This document shows, one piece after another, positions 44,171 through 56,059 of a stretch of 64,000 nt of DNA. The translations under genes and the position numbers were made by a program. Below the pieces are notes generated by a model. The model did no database searches. It saw only the letters and a list, made by a program, of their open reading frames with translations, and had not been told where the DNA came from. Each line of letters starts with the position of its first letter. Position 1 is the stretch's first letter. This stretch comes from an uncultured Chloroflexia bacterium (GTDB lineage: Bacteria; Chloroflexota; Anaerolineae; JAAYZQ01). The DNA lies in assembly GCA_963700285.1 (NCBI GenBank), contig CAVOXA010000014.1, forward strand, positions 640,001 through 704,000, written 5' to 3'.

Positions 44171-45624
44171 GATGTCCTCACGTGCTGTGATCCGTTGGCT
44201 GCCCGGGCACGGGCGTACGCGGCCAATGTCCGTTCTCGCGCCCAGGCATGGTCAACGATGGGTACTGGATAATCCTGACCGATGAGACAGCCCGCCTTGC
44301 GCTGATCCCCAAGCGCCATCTCCCATGGAGAGTGGATGTAGCGACGGGGCACGCGCTCCAGTTCTGGCACCCATGTTCGTACATAAGCGCCCTCTGGGTC
44401 GTGCCTCTTCCCTTGCAGGACTGGATTGAAGATACGAAAGTAGGGCGCAGCATCTGTCCCAGTACCGGCGCTCCACTGCCAGCCCCCATTGTTGGCGGCC
44501 GGATCGCCGTCCACCAGATGTTGCATGAAGAACCGTTCTCCCCACCGCCAGTCTATCAGCAGATCCTTCACCAGAAAGGAGGCGACGATCATGCGCGCCC
44601 GGTTGTGCATCCAACCCGTTTGGACCATCTGGCGCATCGCGGCATCCACCACGGGACAGCCGCTGCGCCCTTCGCACCAGACTCTGAATGCCTCCTCATC
44701 GTTCGCCCATTGGATACCACGGAGGTTGGGGCGATAACTCTGCTCCAAGACGGCAGGATAGTGGTGCAGGTTCGACATATAGAACTCGCGCCAGATCAGC
44801 TCGGTGAGCCAGGTCTCAGCCCCTTTTCGGCTTGCCGTACTGGCCATGCCACTCGGAACAGCTTCGACAGCCTCAAATGCGTGGGCAATTGCCTGTCGGG
44901 CAGACAACATGCCAAAGCGTAGGTATGGCGACAGCTGCGAGGTACCCGCTTGATCAAGGCGGTTGCGGGTTTCAGAATATGACTCTATGCCGAGACCGTC
45001 AGAGTCTATGAAGCGCTCCAGTCGCTGTTTGGCGGTCTTCTCTCCAGGGACAAACAGGGCATTCGGGCCGAGTGATGGCGCTTCAGGGATCGGGTAGCTG
45101 TCCAAACTGGGTACTGCAGGCAGGCGCTCCGGAGCGGCAAAAAGATCCCGTATCCGCGGCAGAGGCAATGACCGCCACGTCCGGCTGAAGGGCGTGAATA
45201 CTGTGTAAGGCGTCCCATCCCGCTTGTGTACCATCGCAGGTGGGTGTAGGGTCAGGCCACCGCTCAATTGGAGCGGCAGTACCTGGGCCACCCGAGCATC
45301 CCTTGCGCGGCCGTAAGGCCAACAGTCCTCCTCAGCATGGATGGATTCGGCCCGGGTTTCACCAAGCAGGCAAGAAAGCTGCTCCAGCGGATGGCCGTAG
45401 CGAACAATGAGACGACTGCCCCTGGCTCGCAGGCCGGTGTCGAGCCTACGCAGACCCTCCAGCATGAACGCCACGCGCTTGTCCCCGGCATCGCCCGCCT
45501 GGAGTAGAACAGGGTCCAGGACAAAGACCGGGATTACCCGTGCTGCCCTCTCCAGCGCAGCAGCCAACGCCTGATTGTCCGTCAGCCGCTGATCGCGCCT
45601 GACCCACCACAAGGCTGTACTCAC
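44167..45624 (-). CDS. phrB: Deoxyribodipyrimidine photolyase (class I)
   Basis: TSQLSPYLRFG, ELIWREFY, GWMHNRARMIVASFL, ANNGGWQWSAG, PYFRIFNP. Confidence 0.94.
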   Translation of the reverse strand: MSTALWWVRRDQRLTDNQALAAALERAARVIPVFVLDPVLLQAGDAGDKRVAFMLEGLRRLDTGLRARGSRLIVRYGHPLEQLSCLLGETRAESIHAEEDCWPYGRARDARVAQVLPLQLSGGLTLHPPAMVHKRDGTPYTVFTPFSRTWRSLPLPRIRDLFAAPERLPAVPSLDSYPIPEAPSLGPNALFVPGEKTAKQRLERFIDSDGLGIESYSETRNRLDQAGTSQLSPYLRFGMLSARQAIAHAFEAVEAVPSGMASTASRKGAETWLTELIWREFYMSNLHHYPAVLEQSYRPNLRGIQWANDEEAFRVWCEGRSGCPVVDAAMRQMVQTGWMHNRARMIVASFLVKDLLIDWRWGERFFMQHLVDGDPAANNGGWQWSAGTGTDAAPYFRIFNPVLQGKRHDPEGAYVRTWVPELERVPRRYIHSPWEMALGDQRKAGCLIGQDYPVPIVDHAWARERTLAAYARARAANGSQHVRTS

Positions 45625-45665
45625 CGAACCCTCACCCGATCCCTGCCTGAGGACGAACCCTGCAA

Positions 45666-46610
45666 CTAGACTTCATCGAGTTCAGCAATGGCATCGCAGA
45701 TCACCTGGGCGCTGGCTTGCAGATCGGTTTTTTCCCCCCGAGATAGCGGCAGTGGGAAACTGGCCAGAACCCCCTCACCTCCGACCAGATGGGGCAGGGA
45801 CACCGTCACATCACAAACATCGAGCACCTCAACCTTGGGCGTACAGACCGTCAAGATCGATCGCTGGTCGCGCAGGACGGTCTGCACGATGCGCGCCAGG
45901 GCGGCGCCAATGCCATAATAGGTCGCCCCCTTGCCCTCGATGATCTCGTAGGCGGCGTCTCGAACGCGATGTTCGATCTCTTCCCGGACACACGTCCCCA
46001 TGTCGATGCCATGCTGCCGAGAGAATTCGGACAGTGGCATGCCACCCACCGTAACCAGCGACCAGGTGAGCACTTCGGAATCACCGTGCTCGCCAATGAC
46101 ATAAGCGTGAACGTGCTGCGAATCCACGCCCAGCTCTCGGCCCAACAGAACCCTGAACCGAGCCGTGTCCAGTGTGGTGCCAGAACCCAGGACCCGGCCG
46201 GGTGGAAGTCCCAGCTCGCCCGCGTACCGGGCAGTCAGGTGAGTCATGATGTCCACAGGGTTGGTGGCCACCACAAGAACAGCCCCGGGCGCATGGGCCA
46301 CCACCGCCGGGACGACCTGCCGGAAGATGGCTGCATTGCGCTCGAGCAGTTGTAGACGCGACTCACCCGGCCGCTGCCCGACACCTGCTGTCAAAATCAC
46401 CACGCGGCTGCCGGCCAGATCGGGATAGTCGCCGGCCCGGATACGAAGAGAATGGGCAAAAGGCATGGCGTGAAAAATGTCATCCGCCTCAGCTTCGGCC
46501 CGTTTTCTGTTCTTGTCAACCAGCACAATCTCGCTTCCGACACCGCGCATGACCATGGCATACGCGGCCGTCGAACCAACCATACCGGAACCAACAATGC
46601 CGACTTTCAC
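45666..46610 (-). CDS. ldh: L-lactate dehydrogenase
   Basis: [39 protein letters not shown]. Confidence 0.93.
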   Translation of the reverse strand: MKVGIVGSGMVGSTAAYAMVMRGVGSEIVLVDKNRKRAEAEADDIFHAMPFAHSLRIRAGDYPDLAGSRVVILTAGVGQRPGESRLQLLERNAAIFRQVVPAVVAHAPGAVLVVATNPVDIMTHLTARYAGELGLPPGRVLGSGTTLDTARFRVLLGRELGVDSQHVHAYVIGEHGDSEVLTWSLVTVGGMPLSEFSRQHGIDMGTCVREEIEHRVRDAAYEIIEGKGATYYGIGAALARIVQTVLRDQRSILTVCTPKVEVLDVCDVTVSLPHLVGGEGVLASFPLPLSRGEKTDLQASAQVICDAIAELDEV

Positions 46611-46858
46611 GAAACACTCCTCTACAGAGGCATTGACGACTACCCCACGACAAGGATCTGTCATATTCTTTCCACGCTCCCGGCCCGAGCCAACCGAAAG
46701 AGTCCAGGAGTGAGAAACCACAGATGTGATTATACCGCGATGTCGAGAGTTTTCAAGTGCCTCCGTCTCTCCATGCCATTAATGTCCCGTTAGAAACATG
46801 ACGTCCGGAACAGCCCCCATCTACCAAGTCCGCTGCTCTTGCGGCGCGAGAGCCAGAT

Positions 46859-47929
46859 TCACAATCCGCACCTTCCTTCTTGGTCTTTATCAAAGAGATA
46901 GTGTGAGACCAGGTATTCCCGCCCTACCCTGTAGATTCCAGACCTCACCGCAGATCAGAAAGAAAAGCCGCCAATTGGCCAGCCACAGGGTCTCATTCTC
47001 GGCGCCGTAGGTCTCGGCCAGGATCCGGCGTACCTGGGTCTCGTTGCGGTCCAGCTTGTCCAGCCAGGCGCGGAGCGTGCGCGCATAGTGGCATGCCGTC
47101 CACGCACCAGTGGTCAACCAGGTGCAGGTCGCGCTGGAAGTAGAGGAGCAGGTCGTCGGAAGGCATGGTGCCGCCGGTGAAGAAGGTTTGGGCCATCCAG
47201 TCCTTTGGATTACTGGCGTCGAACTCGTAGGCGAATTCACGATGGCTAAAGATGTGCACGAACAGCATGCCCGCCGGCTTGAGCCAGGAGGCGATGTGGG
47301 CCATGAGCCGTTCATAGTTCTTCATGTGCTCAAACATCTCGATGGACAGGACACGGTCGAAGCGACGCGCGGTGTCAAACTCGGCCACATCTGCGGTGAT
47401 GAGCCTCGATGTTGGTATAGCCCGCGCTCACGGCACTGCGTTTGGATGAACTCCCGCTGGGTACGCGAGTTGGAGACGGCCATCACCCGGCAGTTGGGGT
47501 ACTGCTCGGCGATCCACAGGCTGAGCGAGCCCCAGCCACAACCCAGGTCCAGCACCTCCATCCCGTCCTCCAGCCGGGCGCGCTCGACAGGTCAGGCGCA
47601 GCATCGCGTCCTCTGCTTCGTCCAGGGTGGTGTTCCCGTCGGGCCAATAGCAGCAGCTGTACTTCAGCCGGTTGCCCAGCACAGTGCGAAAAGAACTCGG
47701 AAGGCACTTCGTAGTGCTGGCGGTTGGGGTCGTCCGTGTGAATGGCGATGGGGCTTTGTCGGAGCTTTTCGATCAGCGCTTGCTTTTCGGCAGTACGTTC
47801 TTCAAGACTGGCCCTGTATCGTTGCTGCAGCGTTCGCGCCAGGCTGCGGCGGACGACCGCGCGAATCAGCCAGTCCGGCACCCGATTGGTTTGGGCCAGC
47901 CGCATGTACCACAGAGGCATGCTATACAC
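46859..47929 (-). CDS. CFA synthase/CNMT-like SAM methyltransferase (multiple frameshifts)
   Basis: [43 protein letters not shown] across frames. Confidence 0.85.
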
Positions 47930-50190
47930 CCTCCAGATCGAACTCTGGCGCTCCCACGGTCACGATACCCAGATAGCCGTCGACGGTAACAAACTCCCCA
48001 TCCTCCAAGAGCTCGACAGCATGGGAGACTGCCGTTGACACAGGGAATGCCCAAGCTCGCGGGCGATGATGGCACCGTGGATGAGCATACCGCCGCGCCG
48101 CTCGACGATGGCACAAGCCAAGGGCACCAGGTGGGTCATCGTCGGCTGGATGGCATCGCAGACCAACACTTCGCCCGCCCGAAAGCGGCCCAGATCCTGG
48201 GCATCGCGCACCCTGCGCACCTGGCCCGTGGCCAGACCAGGGGCAGCAGGCTGCCCGACAAGCTGGCGCGGGCTCTCGCCTGAGGTGCCAGGGACTGTCT
48301 GGCTCCTCGGCTCGTGGTTCGGGTAGGATCACCAGCGCTGGTGAGGGATCACGCAACGCCTCGGCGAGCGCGGATGCGGCTTCAACACTGATTTGTGCAC
48401 CTGGCTGCAGACGACCCTCCGCACGCAGTCGTTCGGCCGCCAACTCCAAGGCGCGCAGGAGCTGGCTTTCCAGCCGGCCGATCAGCAGGTTGTCGTCATC
48501 GCGCAACCGCCAGCTCAGCCGGCCGATGGCCAGCACCTCCATCGCCTCTTCTCGTCGCTCTGGACCTGCCTGCTGCCAGGAAGCGTACTTTCCAAGGCCT
48601 CGACGGTGCGCCCTGCCGGGACCTCCACACCGGCCACTGTACTCCCCATCGCAGCCACCTGGGGCCTCTTTGCCATTTCAAGGATGTTCCGGCGCCAAAG
48701 TGTCAGGGCGCTCAGAAAGACGCTCACCTCCATAGGCTACGTCCATGAGCTCGCTCTGTAGTTCTTCGAGGGCCCGGAGAAATGTCGCACCGCCAGTTAT
48801 GGACCTGCATCCGGCGCACCATCTCCGACCAGTCCGCATCGAGAGAATGCTTGAGCGCGTCACCCAGGACCTCATTTGCCTGCACGCGCTCTGCCAGCGC
48901 CTGAAGGGCTTGGTTGCGCCGGAGGGCGACCATCCGCTGCCCCTGGAGCAGGCCCACGAACTCGTACGGATCGTCTGGCCTGACCAGCATCGTTGTAGTA
49001 GATCCCAAGTTGGCGTACGCCGTGGGCAAAGGGGATAAAGTCCTCTAGGTAGATCTGCCGCCATTCGTGTCAGAGACTGCACTGCGCTCCTCGATGGCAG
49101 CAGCCAGTGCCTGGTCGTCAAGCACTTCTATTGCCTCAGCCGCAAACCGCCTACCCAGCTGCTCCAGCTCGGGAATGAGTTCCTCGACCACTCGCCCCGC
49201 CAGGGCACTCAAACGCCGCATACCCGGTCGCAGCGAGAGATACCAGTCCCGCTGATCGCTTTCCTGCGGGACCGCTGTGGTGATGGGCCTCGCTTGCAGC
49301 AGGGTGAACTGCTCTCCCCGACCCGTCCATTCGGTATCAGGCGGCCACTGGAAGAGGGCTTCGACCTGTTGCAGCGTCTGATGCAAGGTCTTCAGGTCTG
49401 CTAACTCCAGGATCGGCGTTCCCGCCTTCTCGCCCTCGCGCTCGCCGGGCCGCCATTCGATCACCGTGCCAGAGTTCCGGTCCAGGATCCAGCGATCGGG
49501 ATCGACCAGGCCGTCCACCAGGTCGCCGCATGGGCCCGGTACTGCCTCAACGATGGCATGGTTGCGGCCTGGTTCCCTGGGATCGCGTCCAAAGGCCACA
49601 CCGGAGCGGTCTTCGTCGACCATCTCCTGGACGACGACTGCCATGCGGCTGAGGTCCGGATCCAGGGCCAGTTCCTGGCGGTAGAGCAAGCGCCGCATCC
49701 GACCAGAGGGAAGCCCACACGACGCGGAGTGCATCGAGCACGGCATCTGTGCCGACAACGCCGACGACCGATTCGTGCAAACCGGCAAACGAGCGATTGG
49801 CCGAGTCCTCTCCCAGGCGCAGACGACCGGACAGCCAGTCGGTCTTGCAGACCCAAGCTTCTCGACGGCTGCCTCAATAGCTCTGGACCAGTGCTGAAGG
49901 GACTGCGCTACGCCAGAAAGGCCGAGCGGATGCGCAGAGCCACGTCCCAGATCTCCTCCCAGCGCATCGACTCAAATGGCTTGCGACCCAGTTCCATCCG
50001 GATCAGGCGGGCCAGTTCTTGATTTTCCAGAAAATACTCGTAGGCATTCGTCGTGACGAAAAAGCCATCGGGCACGCGAAAACCGGCCTGGGCAAGCTGG
50101 GCCAGCTTGGCTGGCCTTGCCGCCGATCAGGCGCTCGTCACACTCTGCAGCCTCTTTGAGAGGGACTACCCATCTGACCGCTGGGACCCA
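47922..50190 (-). CDS. PEP/pyruvate-binding plus PEP-utilising mobile domain protein (PEP synthase/rifamycin phosphotransferase-like; many frameshifts)
   Basis: IGGKA, LAVRSSA, MAVVVQEMV..SGVAF, LQARPIT, RGGMLIHGAIIARELG, VDGYLG. Confidence 0.8.
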
Positions 50191-50680
50191 CTGGCGCACC
50201 TCCTGGAAACGTGTGACGTGCAGGAAACCGGACCGCATCTACCCGGAACAAGGCCGTCGACGGGGACTCGACGAAGGACTTCAGATAGGGGTGGCGTGCC
50301 GTCAGCAACCAGACCCATTCCTCGTACTCTGGTCCCGTCTCCAACTGTTCCGCCCTCCCTGTGATGGTGACCGCCCCGACCTTCATCAGATCCCCAGGGT
50401 ACTTGCCTCGGTTGTCAACCACCAGGGCCACCCGGTCGCACTGGGAGAGCAGGCGGAACTTTCTTGTGGCCCTTGGTGTGGCGAATACGAAAGACTTCAG
50501 GTCGGGGCTAAAGGCATAGGCAACTACCGAGCCGTAGGGTTGTCCATCACCCTGGGTGCAGAGCACGGCAAAGGCCTCTTCCGCGACAAGGACGCGGATG
50601 CACTCAGCCACCGTCCGCTCGGAGAACTCTGCGGCCAGCGATGCGTCCAATTCGGGTCCCAAAACCGGTTCGTCTTGCAT
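50170..50680 (-). CDS. Pyridoxamine 5'-phosphate oxidase family protein
   Basis: FAVLCT..QPYGSVVAY, FATPRATRK, VALVVDNR. Confidence 0.8.
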
Positions 50681-50719
50681 GATACTTTCCTCCTGGAGAA
50701 TCAACGACTCCACGACCGT

Positions 50720-51544
50720 ACGAGGTTCGCGAGTCGATAGAGGCCTATGCCGAGTCATCGCCGCCCACAGGGGCAGGAAGGCGACTACACCCGATGACCC
50801 ATACCACCAGGCGAAGAGCAGAGCAGTTAGCAGAGCAAGGATCTGGGCCGCCTGGACACGTCGAGGATTCAACGGCTCGCGAGTCGCGTCCCCCACGGTG
50901 TGCACTTCACGAGAGGTGGCGATCACGACCGAGAACAAGCCTGCCAGCGCCACCGATGAAACCACGACCAGCAATGTAGGTCCGCTCTCTATGGCATACC
51001 CCCCCAAAAAGAAGGGTAAGACGATGGTGGCAACAAGAGCCAGAGCCGAAATGAACAGATGGTAGCCAAGTGGAGGCGATAACAAGCCATCGAGCAGAAA
51101 CGCGACGGCCGTCACCAGGCCAGCCATCCAGTAGCCCTGCCAGGTCAGCCAGAGCCCCAGGCCAAGGACCGCCAGCGAGTCCAGGGGTCTAGCAGGCAGC
51201 CCCACCGTGCGGTTCACCAGACGGAGCGCCAGCAATAGCCAGAGGACCACCAGGAGGGACGGTGGGCCAACGAACAGCAAGGCGATGAGTACCAGGCCCG
51301 CCCCCACAAAGGCCGCCAGGTCGTGGTCGGGATCAAGCTCCCGGCCCAAGGCCCAAGTCAAGAATAGGACAAGACCTATCTCAATGCCCCACAGGGCGCT
51401 TTCGAGAAGCGCTGCGCCTGAGAGAAGGTGAAAGACCGCCCCAGCGATTGCCACGACTAGGGTCAGGGCAGCGATGGCGAGATTCGTCGGATAGCGGGGG
51501 TCCATGGGAGTGCGCCCCAACGCCGTGATGTCGGTCAACTTCAT
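50720..51544 (-). CDS. Hypothetical polytopic membrane protein
   Basis: Hydrophobic, WALGRELDPD; read-through into the next gene is probably an indel. Confidence 0.65.
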
Positions 51545-51548
51545 CGTA

Positions 51549-52001
51549 CTACCTTGCCTGAAGTGCGACGGTAAGAGAGTCTCCCTTCACCGGCGCAAAG
51601 GGTCCCTCTGTTCGCCATAGGACCTGGCCCCGGCGATCCAGGAGGAGCACATGGATGTCGTCCTCGTGGGGCAACTGGAGGGCCTTCCGAAAGGCAGTCT
51701 TGTCCAGGTAGAGCGTAATGGTGCGCTCGCGGGCCACTGGGTCGGGAATACCAGCGCGCATCCCCTCGTTGATGAAGGTGCGGGCCAGTCGGCTCCGCTT
51801 CTCGATGGTAGGCAGCTCGTAGTAGCGCAGCTCTGGCTGACTCTCCTCGAGCTGCCTGGCGAAGGGGATCCAGGAATCCACCTGGCCCTGCTGCCACTGC
51901 TGGAAAGCGATGAAGACCAGGTTCCACTCACCTTCAAAGGCGTCTGGCAGACTGAGGCTCTTGCCCTGCAGGTTTGAACCAGTCACTACCGGGAACTGCA
52001 T
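51549..52001 (-). CDS. Conserved thioredoxin-like protein (ATP10-like)
   Basis: FPVVTGSNL..IAFQQWQQ..DSW..YYELP..GMRAGIP. Confidence 0.6.
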   Translation of the reverse strand: MQFPVVTGSNLQGKSLSLPDAFEGEWNLVFIAFQQWQQGQVDSWIPFARQLEESQPELRYYELPTIEKRSRLARTFINEGMRAGIPDPVARERTITLYLDKTAFRKALQLPHEDDIHVLLLDRRGQVLWRTEGPFAPVKGDSLTVALQAR

Positions 52002-52023
52002 GTCTTGATCCTCCAAAATCGGG

Positions 52024-52699
52024 CTAGAAACCACGGCGCTGCCCCTCCCATGGCGGCTCAGCGCCAGCCCTGAATTCTTCGACACTGGGTCCCTGGAGGC
52101 TGCGAAGGCGCCAGGTTCCGTAGAGATAGCTGACAATCAGCAGGACAATGGTCACTGGCCAGCCGCTCAGGACCTGAACAACAGCCGAGCTGACTGGCCT
52201 GCTCGCTCTGAAACAGGTTAAACTGGAGCAGAAGCCGGAGTCCAAAAACCAGAACCCACAGCCAGGTAACCTCGCTGTAGGCTGGACGCACCCTCGGATG
52301 CCAGTACCAATCCAGCGGCCAGCGACGGGCGACATAGCTCGTCCAGGCCACGATGGGTCGCCTGATAAGAACGCTAACCAGGCAGAGGAGAAAGGTCAAT
52401 CCACCGGTGATGATGCCGGGCAGGAAAAACCCCTCGGATCTGCCCAGGAGCTGCGCGACCAAAGCTGCTACGGCTACACCGCCAGCACCACCAAGGGCGT
52501 ACAGCAGAGATTGGCGTTTGAACAGACGGTAGATGGCGATGACAATGGCCAGGCCAAGCGAAGACCAGATGGCAACCTGCATGCCCCAAATGGCATTGAG
52601 CAACACAAAAAAGAGAGGGGGCAGGAGTGAATCCAAAAAGCTGCTACGACCGGCCAGCACCATACGTAGTTCTTCGACTATCTCACGCAGTTTGTCCAT
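52024..52699 (-). CDS. DUF3159 membrane protein (frameshift near 52185)
   Basis: [32 protein letters not shown]. Confidence 0.75.
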
Positions 52700-52849
52700 T
52701 CCTCCGCCACTCCATGTCTAGCTGTGAACGCAGTATACCTCAAGAATCACGCATCACCAAGAATGCTGGCGCATTTGTGTATCAACCAGCAACGTGGGCG
52801 AGTATGCAACTTGGATTGCGCACCTTTCTACCTGTAACAGTGTTTCTAT

Positions 52850-53694
52850 ACCAACCCGGGCTGATGTCCAACGCCGCACCAGGTGAGATCGCGATCCGTC
52901 ACGGTCTCCACGGCCTGACCTTGTCGGTAGTCTCGGCCTGTGCCTCGGGTACATACGCCATCGGCGAGGCAACTAGGCTCATACGAACAGGTGCGACGCC
53001 TACGGTGATCTGCGGTGGCAGTGATGCGGGCATGCATCCCCTGGCGCTGGCCGCTTTTGGCAACATGCAGGCCGTTTCGCGCCGAAATGACGAACCCGAG
53101 CGGGCCAGCCGGCCCTTTGATGCCGATCGAGATGGTTTTGTGCTCGGCGAGGGCACCGGCGTGCTCATCCTGGAGAGCTTGACTCAGGCACGGAAGCGCG
53201 GGGCGCGCATCTACGCCGAGGTAGCTGGCCATGGCGCCAGCACAGACGCCTTTCACATCACCAGCCCCGACGAGGAGGGGGTAGGTGCAGCTCTGTCGAT
53301 GGAGCGGGCCCTGAACGATGCGGGACTTGGCCCGGCGGGCATTGACTATATCAATGCCCATGGCACCAGCACGCCTCTCAACGACGTGGTCGAGACCCGC
53401 GCCATTCACAAGGTTTTTGGCGAACATGCCTATCGCATACCTGTCAGCTCGACCAAGTCGATGATCGGGCATCTCCTGGGCGCAGCCGGCGCCGTCGAGG
53501 CAATTGCCTGTATCAAGTCCCTGGAAACAGGGATCATCCATCCTACCATCAACTATGAAACTCCCGACCCGGACTGCGACCTGGACTACGTGCCCAACCA
53601 GGCACGAGAGACACACCCCCGCACCGCCCTGTCCAACTCGTTCGGCTTTGGGGGGCACAACGGGTCAATCATCTTCAAAGCCTGGGAGGGCTAG
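52850..53694 (+). pseudogene. fabF: 5'-truncated beta-ketoacyl-ACP synthase II
   Basis: [41 protein letters not shown]; N-terminal third absent. Confidence 0.85.
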
Positions 53695-53751
53695 CGGCGA
53701 ACCGACCTGAGCCTGGGCCGGCTGGTCCAGGCGTCACATACCCCTGTCCAG

Positions 53752-53925
53752 TCAGACAGCGGCCGGATCGGAGACATCGGCCTCAAACAGGTCGGATGTC
53801 CACTCGGCGAGTTGGCTCGTGTGGCGGCCCATGGCCAGAACGCGCCAACCCCCATCACTCAATTGGGCAACCAGCGCCCGGCCAATGCCGCCGCCTGCGC
53901 CCCAGATCATCGCCTTTTTTGCCAC
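53752..53925 (-). pseudogene. SDR oxidoreductase N-terminal stub
   Basis: MAKKAMIWGAGGGIGRALV..FEADVSDPAAV*. Confidence 0.75.
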
Positions 53926-54021
53926 GATTCCTCTCCTTGCTCTCGCACTTTTCGGTTTACGGAAGGACCCGAGACGTTTTCGTTGAACAAGGACCCTGTC
54001 TGGTCTGCTGACTCCTGGGCA

Positions 54022-55473
54022 CTAGGGCTTGACCGGTTCCCGAACGTTGCCAAATGACTCGATGGCTCGATCCCGCGCCCAGCCGTGATCCAGGATTGGG
54101 GCTGGATAGTCCAGGCCAATGGCACAAACTGACTCGCGTTGGACATCCGGGGGCATGGTCCATGGCTCGTGAATGTAGCCGACGGGCACGTCGGCCATTT
54201 CCGGTAGCCAACGGCGCACGAACGCGCCATTCGGATCGTACTTGCGGCCCTGCAAGACCGCGTTCAGGATACCGAGATCGGGAGCCGCACCTGTACAGGT
54301 GCCAGCCGCCCGCTGCCAACCGTCGTTGTACACCCGCAGGTCGCCTTCTAGGAGGTGCTGCATGAAGAACCGCTCGCCCCACCGCCAGTCAATCAGCAGG
54401 TCCTTCGCCAGGTTAGAGGCCGGGACCAGGCGTGTCCGGTTGTGGAGCCAACCGGTCTGGGCTAGTTGGCGCATTGCCGCGTCTGCGTGCGGATACCCGG
54501 TGCAACCCTGGCGCCAGGCATCGAAAGCCGCCTGCTAGTTCTCCCAGGGCGTGTGTCGAAATTCGGGGCGGAAGCCCTGCCTCAGAGCCTGGGGAAAATG
54601 AATCTGGATCGAGACGGCGAACTCGCGCCGGATCCGAGCGTCTAGCCACAGCACGGCACCGTGCCGCGCCTCAGAATCCGGGGCGGCATCCATGGCACTG
54701 AGCGCGCTCAGAACGGCCTGGCGAGCGGAGAGCATCCCAAACCTCAGGTATGGGGACAGCCGGGACGTGCCCCCACATCCAGACGGTCACGTAGCTCGTC
54801 ATAGCGGTAGATCGGAGCTGCGCTGGCCGGATGATGGGTCTCACCGCGCCAGTCCACAAAAGCTTGCAGCCGCCGTTGCGCCTCCGCTTCACCCGGCTGG
54901 AAGGGCACGAGAGAAGAGAGCGCAGGATCCCTCGGAATTGGAAAGCTGCCAACATCGGGCAGTGGAGATAGTTGCGTCGGAGGCCGGAGCACGTCGCGCA
55001 CAGGCGGCAGCGTCAGCGCTTTCCATGCCTTGCTAAAGGGGGTGAAGACGGTGCAGGGCTGGCCATCGTCCTGTCGCAGGGCAGCCGGCGAGTGCACAGT
55101 CAGGCCAGCGCTCAAGTACAGGGGCAGGGCTTCGGCAACGCCCACGTCCCGCTCTTGTGCGTAGGAAGAGAAATCCTCCTCAGCAAATATCGCGCTTGCC
55201 CCTGTCCCGCTCATAAGCGCACTCAACTCCGTTCTTGGTTCGCCGCGACGGATAATATGCCGACTGCCTCGAGCACTCGATTCATCGTCCAACCTGCGCA
55301 GACCTGCCAGCAAGAATGCAAGGTGTTTTTCGCTCGAATCGGGTGAGGCCAAGACTTCCCTATCAAGTAAATAAACTGGCACTCTGCGACCTGCATGAGC
55401 CAGCGCAGACGCGAGGGCCTGATCGTCACTCAGGCGCAGATCGACGTACCCACCAAAGTGCAGTCATCGTCAT
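54022..55473 (-). pseudogene. phrB: Second photolyase, decayed
   Basis: In-frame TAG at 54535-54537, frameshifts, eroded FAD motifs (WLHNRTRLVPASNL, PDLGILNA). Confidence 0.85.
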
Positions 55474-55507
55474 GGTACAATCCAGCCTTCTAGGGTCGGA
55501 AGAAAGA

Positions 55508-55618
55508 TCACTCCCGATGGTCCTTTCCGCGGAGTTCAGAAATCGCAGCGATGGTCAGTGGTCCTAGCGTAGCGAGAGTGGCCAACAGACCCAACACAAA
55601 GATAAAGGCATCGCTCAT
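55508..55618 (-). CDS. 36-aa single-TM small protein
   Basis: GGAGG RBS; ATGA overlap with the upstream ORF; MSDAFIFVLGLLATLATLGPL.. Confidence 0.6.
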   Translation of the reverse strand: MSDAFIFVLGLLATLATLGPLTIAAISELRGKDHRE

Positions 55619-55794
55619 TCCTGCCTCCTCCATGCCAGTACAAAGGCGCCGAAGGAAAGGATGGAGGGAACCCAAATGCCCACAAAGATGGCTTGCTCCT
55701 TTGAGCCAGCGAACCACAGGAATGTCGACAGCAAGAAAGACATACCGGCCGCCAACAGAATGCTATATCGGCTAATTCGCCACCAGTTGTTCAT
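55615..55794 (-). CDS. 59-aa two-TM small protein (absent from the ORF track)
   Basis: MNNWWRISRYSILLAAGMSFLLSTFLWFAGSKEQAIFVGIWVPSILSFGAFVLAWRRQE*, first ORF after a strong promoter. Confidence 0.7.
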   Translation of the reverse strand: MNNWWRISRYSILLAAGMSFLLSTFLWFAGSKEQAIFVGIWVPSILSFGAFVLAWRRQE

Positions 55795-55931
55795 TACCTT
55801 CTACTCCTTTTGCTTTTTTGACCATCACCAGCAGTGTTGCTTGCCCTGCTGATTGCGGTGACCTTCGTTCCCATTCGACGTTTATGCCTGATCACTCTTA
55901 TCCACCGATAGCCTTATTCTTATACCTTGAC

Positions 55932-56016
55932 ATGATACCATACCACCGTGGTTTTGTCAAGAATTTGAAATGAATTTCGCGTTAAGAACGCGTACAAACT
56001 TGACAAAAACTGTGCA
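55932..56016. promoter_or_regulatory. Divergent promoter region with TnnACA-like repeats
   Basis: Minus strand TTGACA-N17-TATCAT; plus strand CGTACA..TTGACA-N5-TGTGCA. Confidence 0.6.
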
Positions 56017-56059
56017 CTTTCGTGCGCTATCCCTTAGTCCATCCTCAACGAAACGGTTC

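Noticed and set aside
50138-51544. Apparent membrane protein-pyridoxamine oxidase (and onward PEP-synthase) fusion
   Set aside because: An internal RBS and ATG sit at 50680 and the region is indel-rich, so this is probably an artefact.
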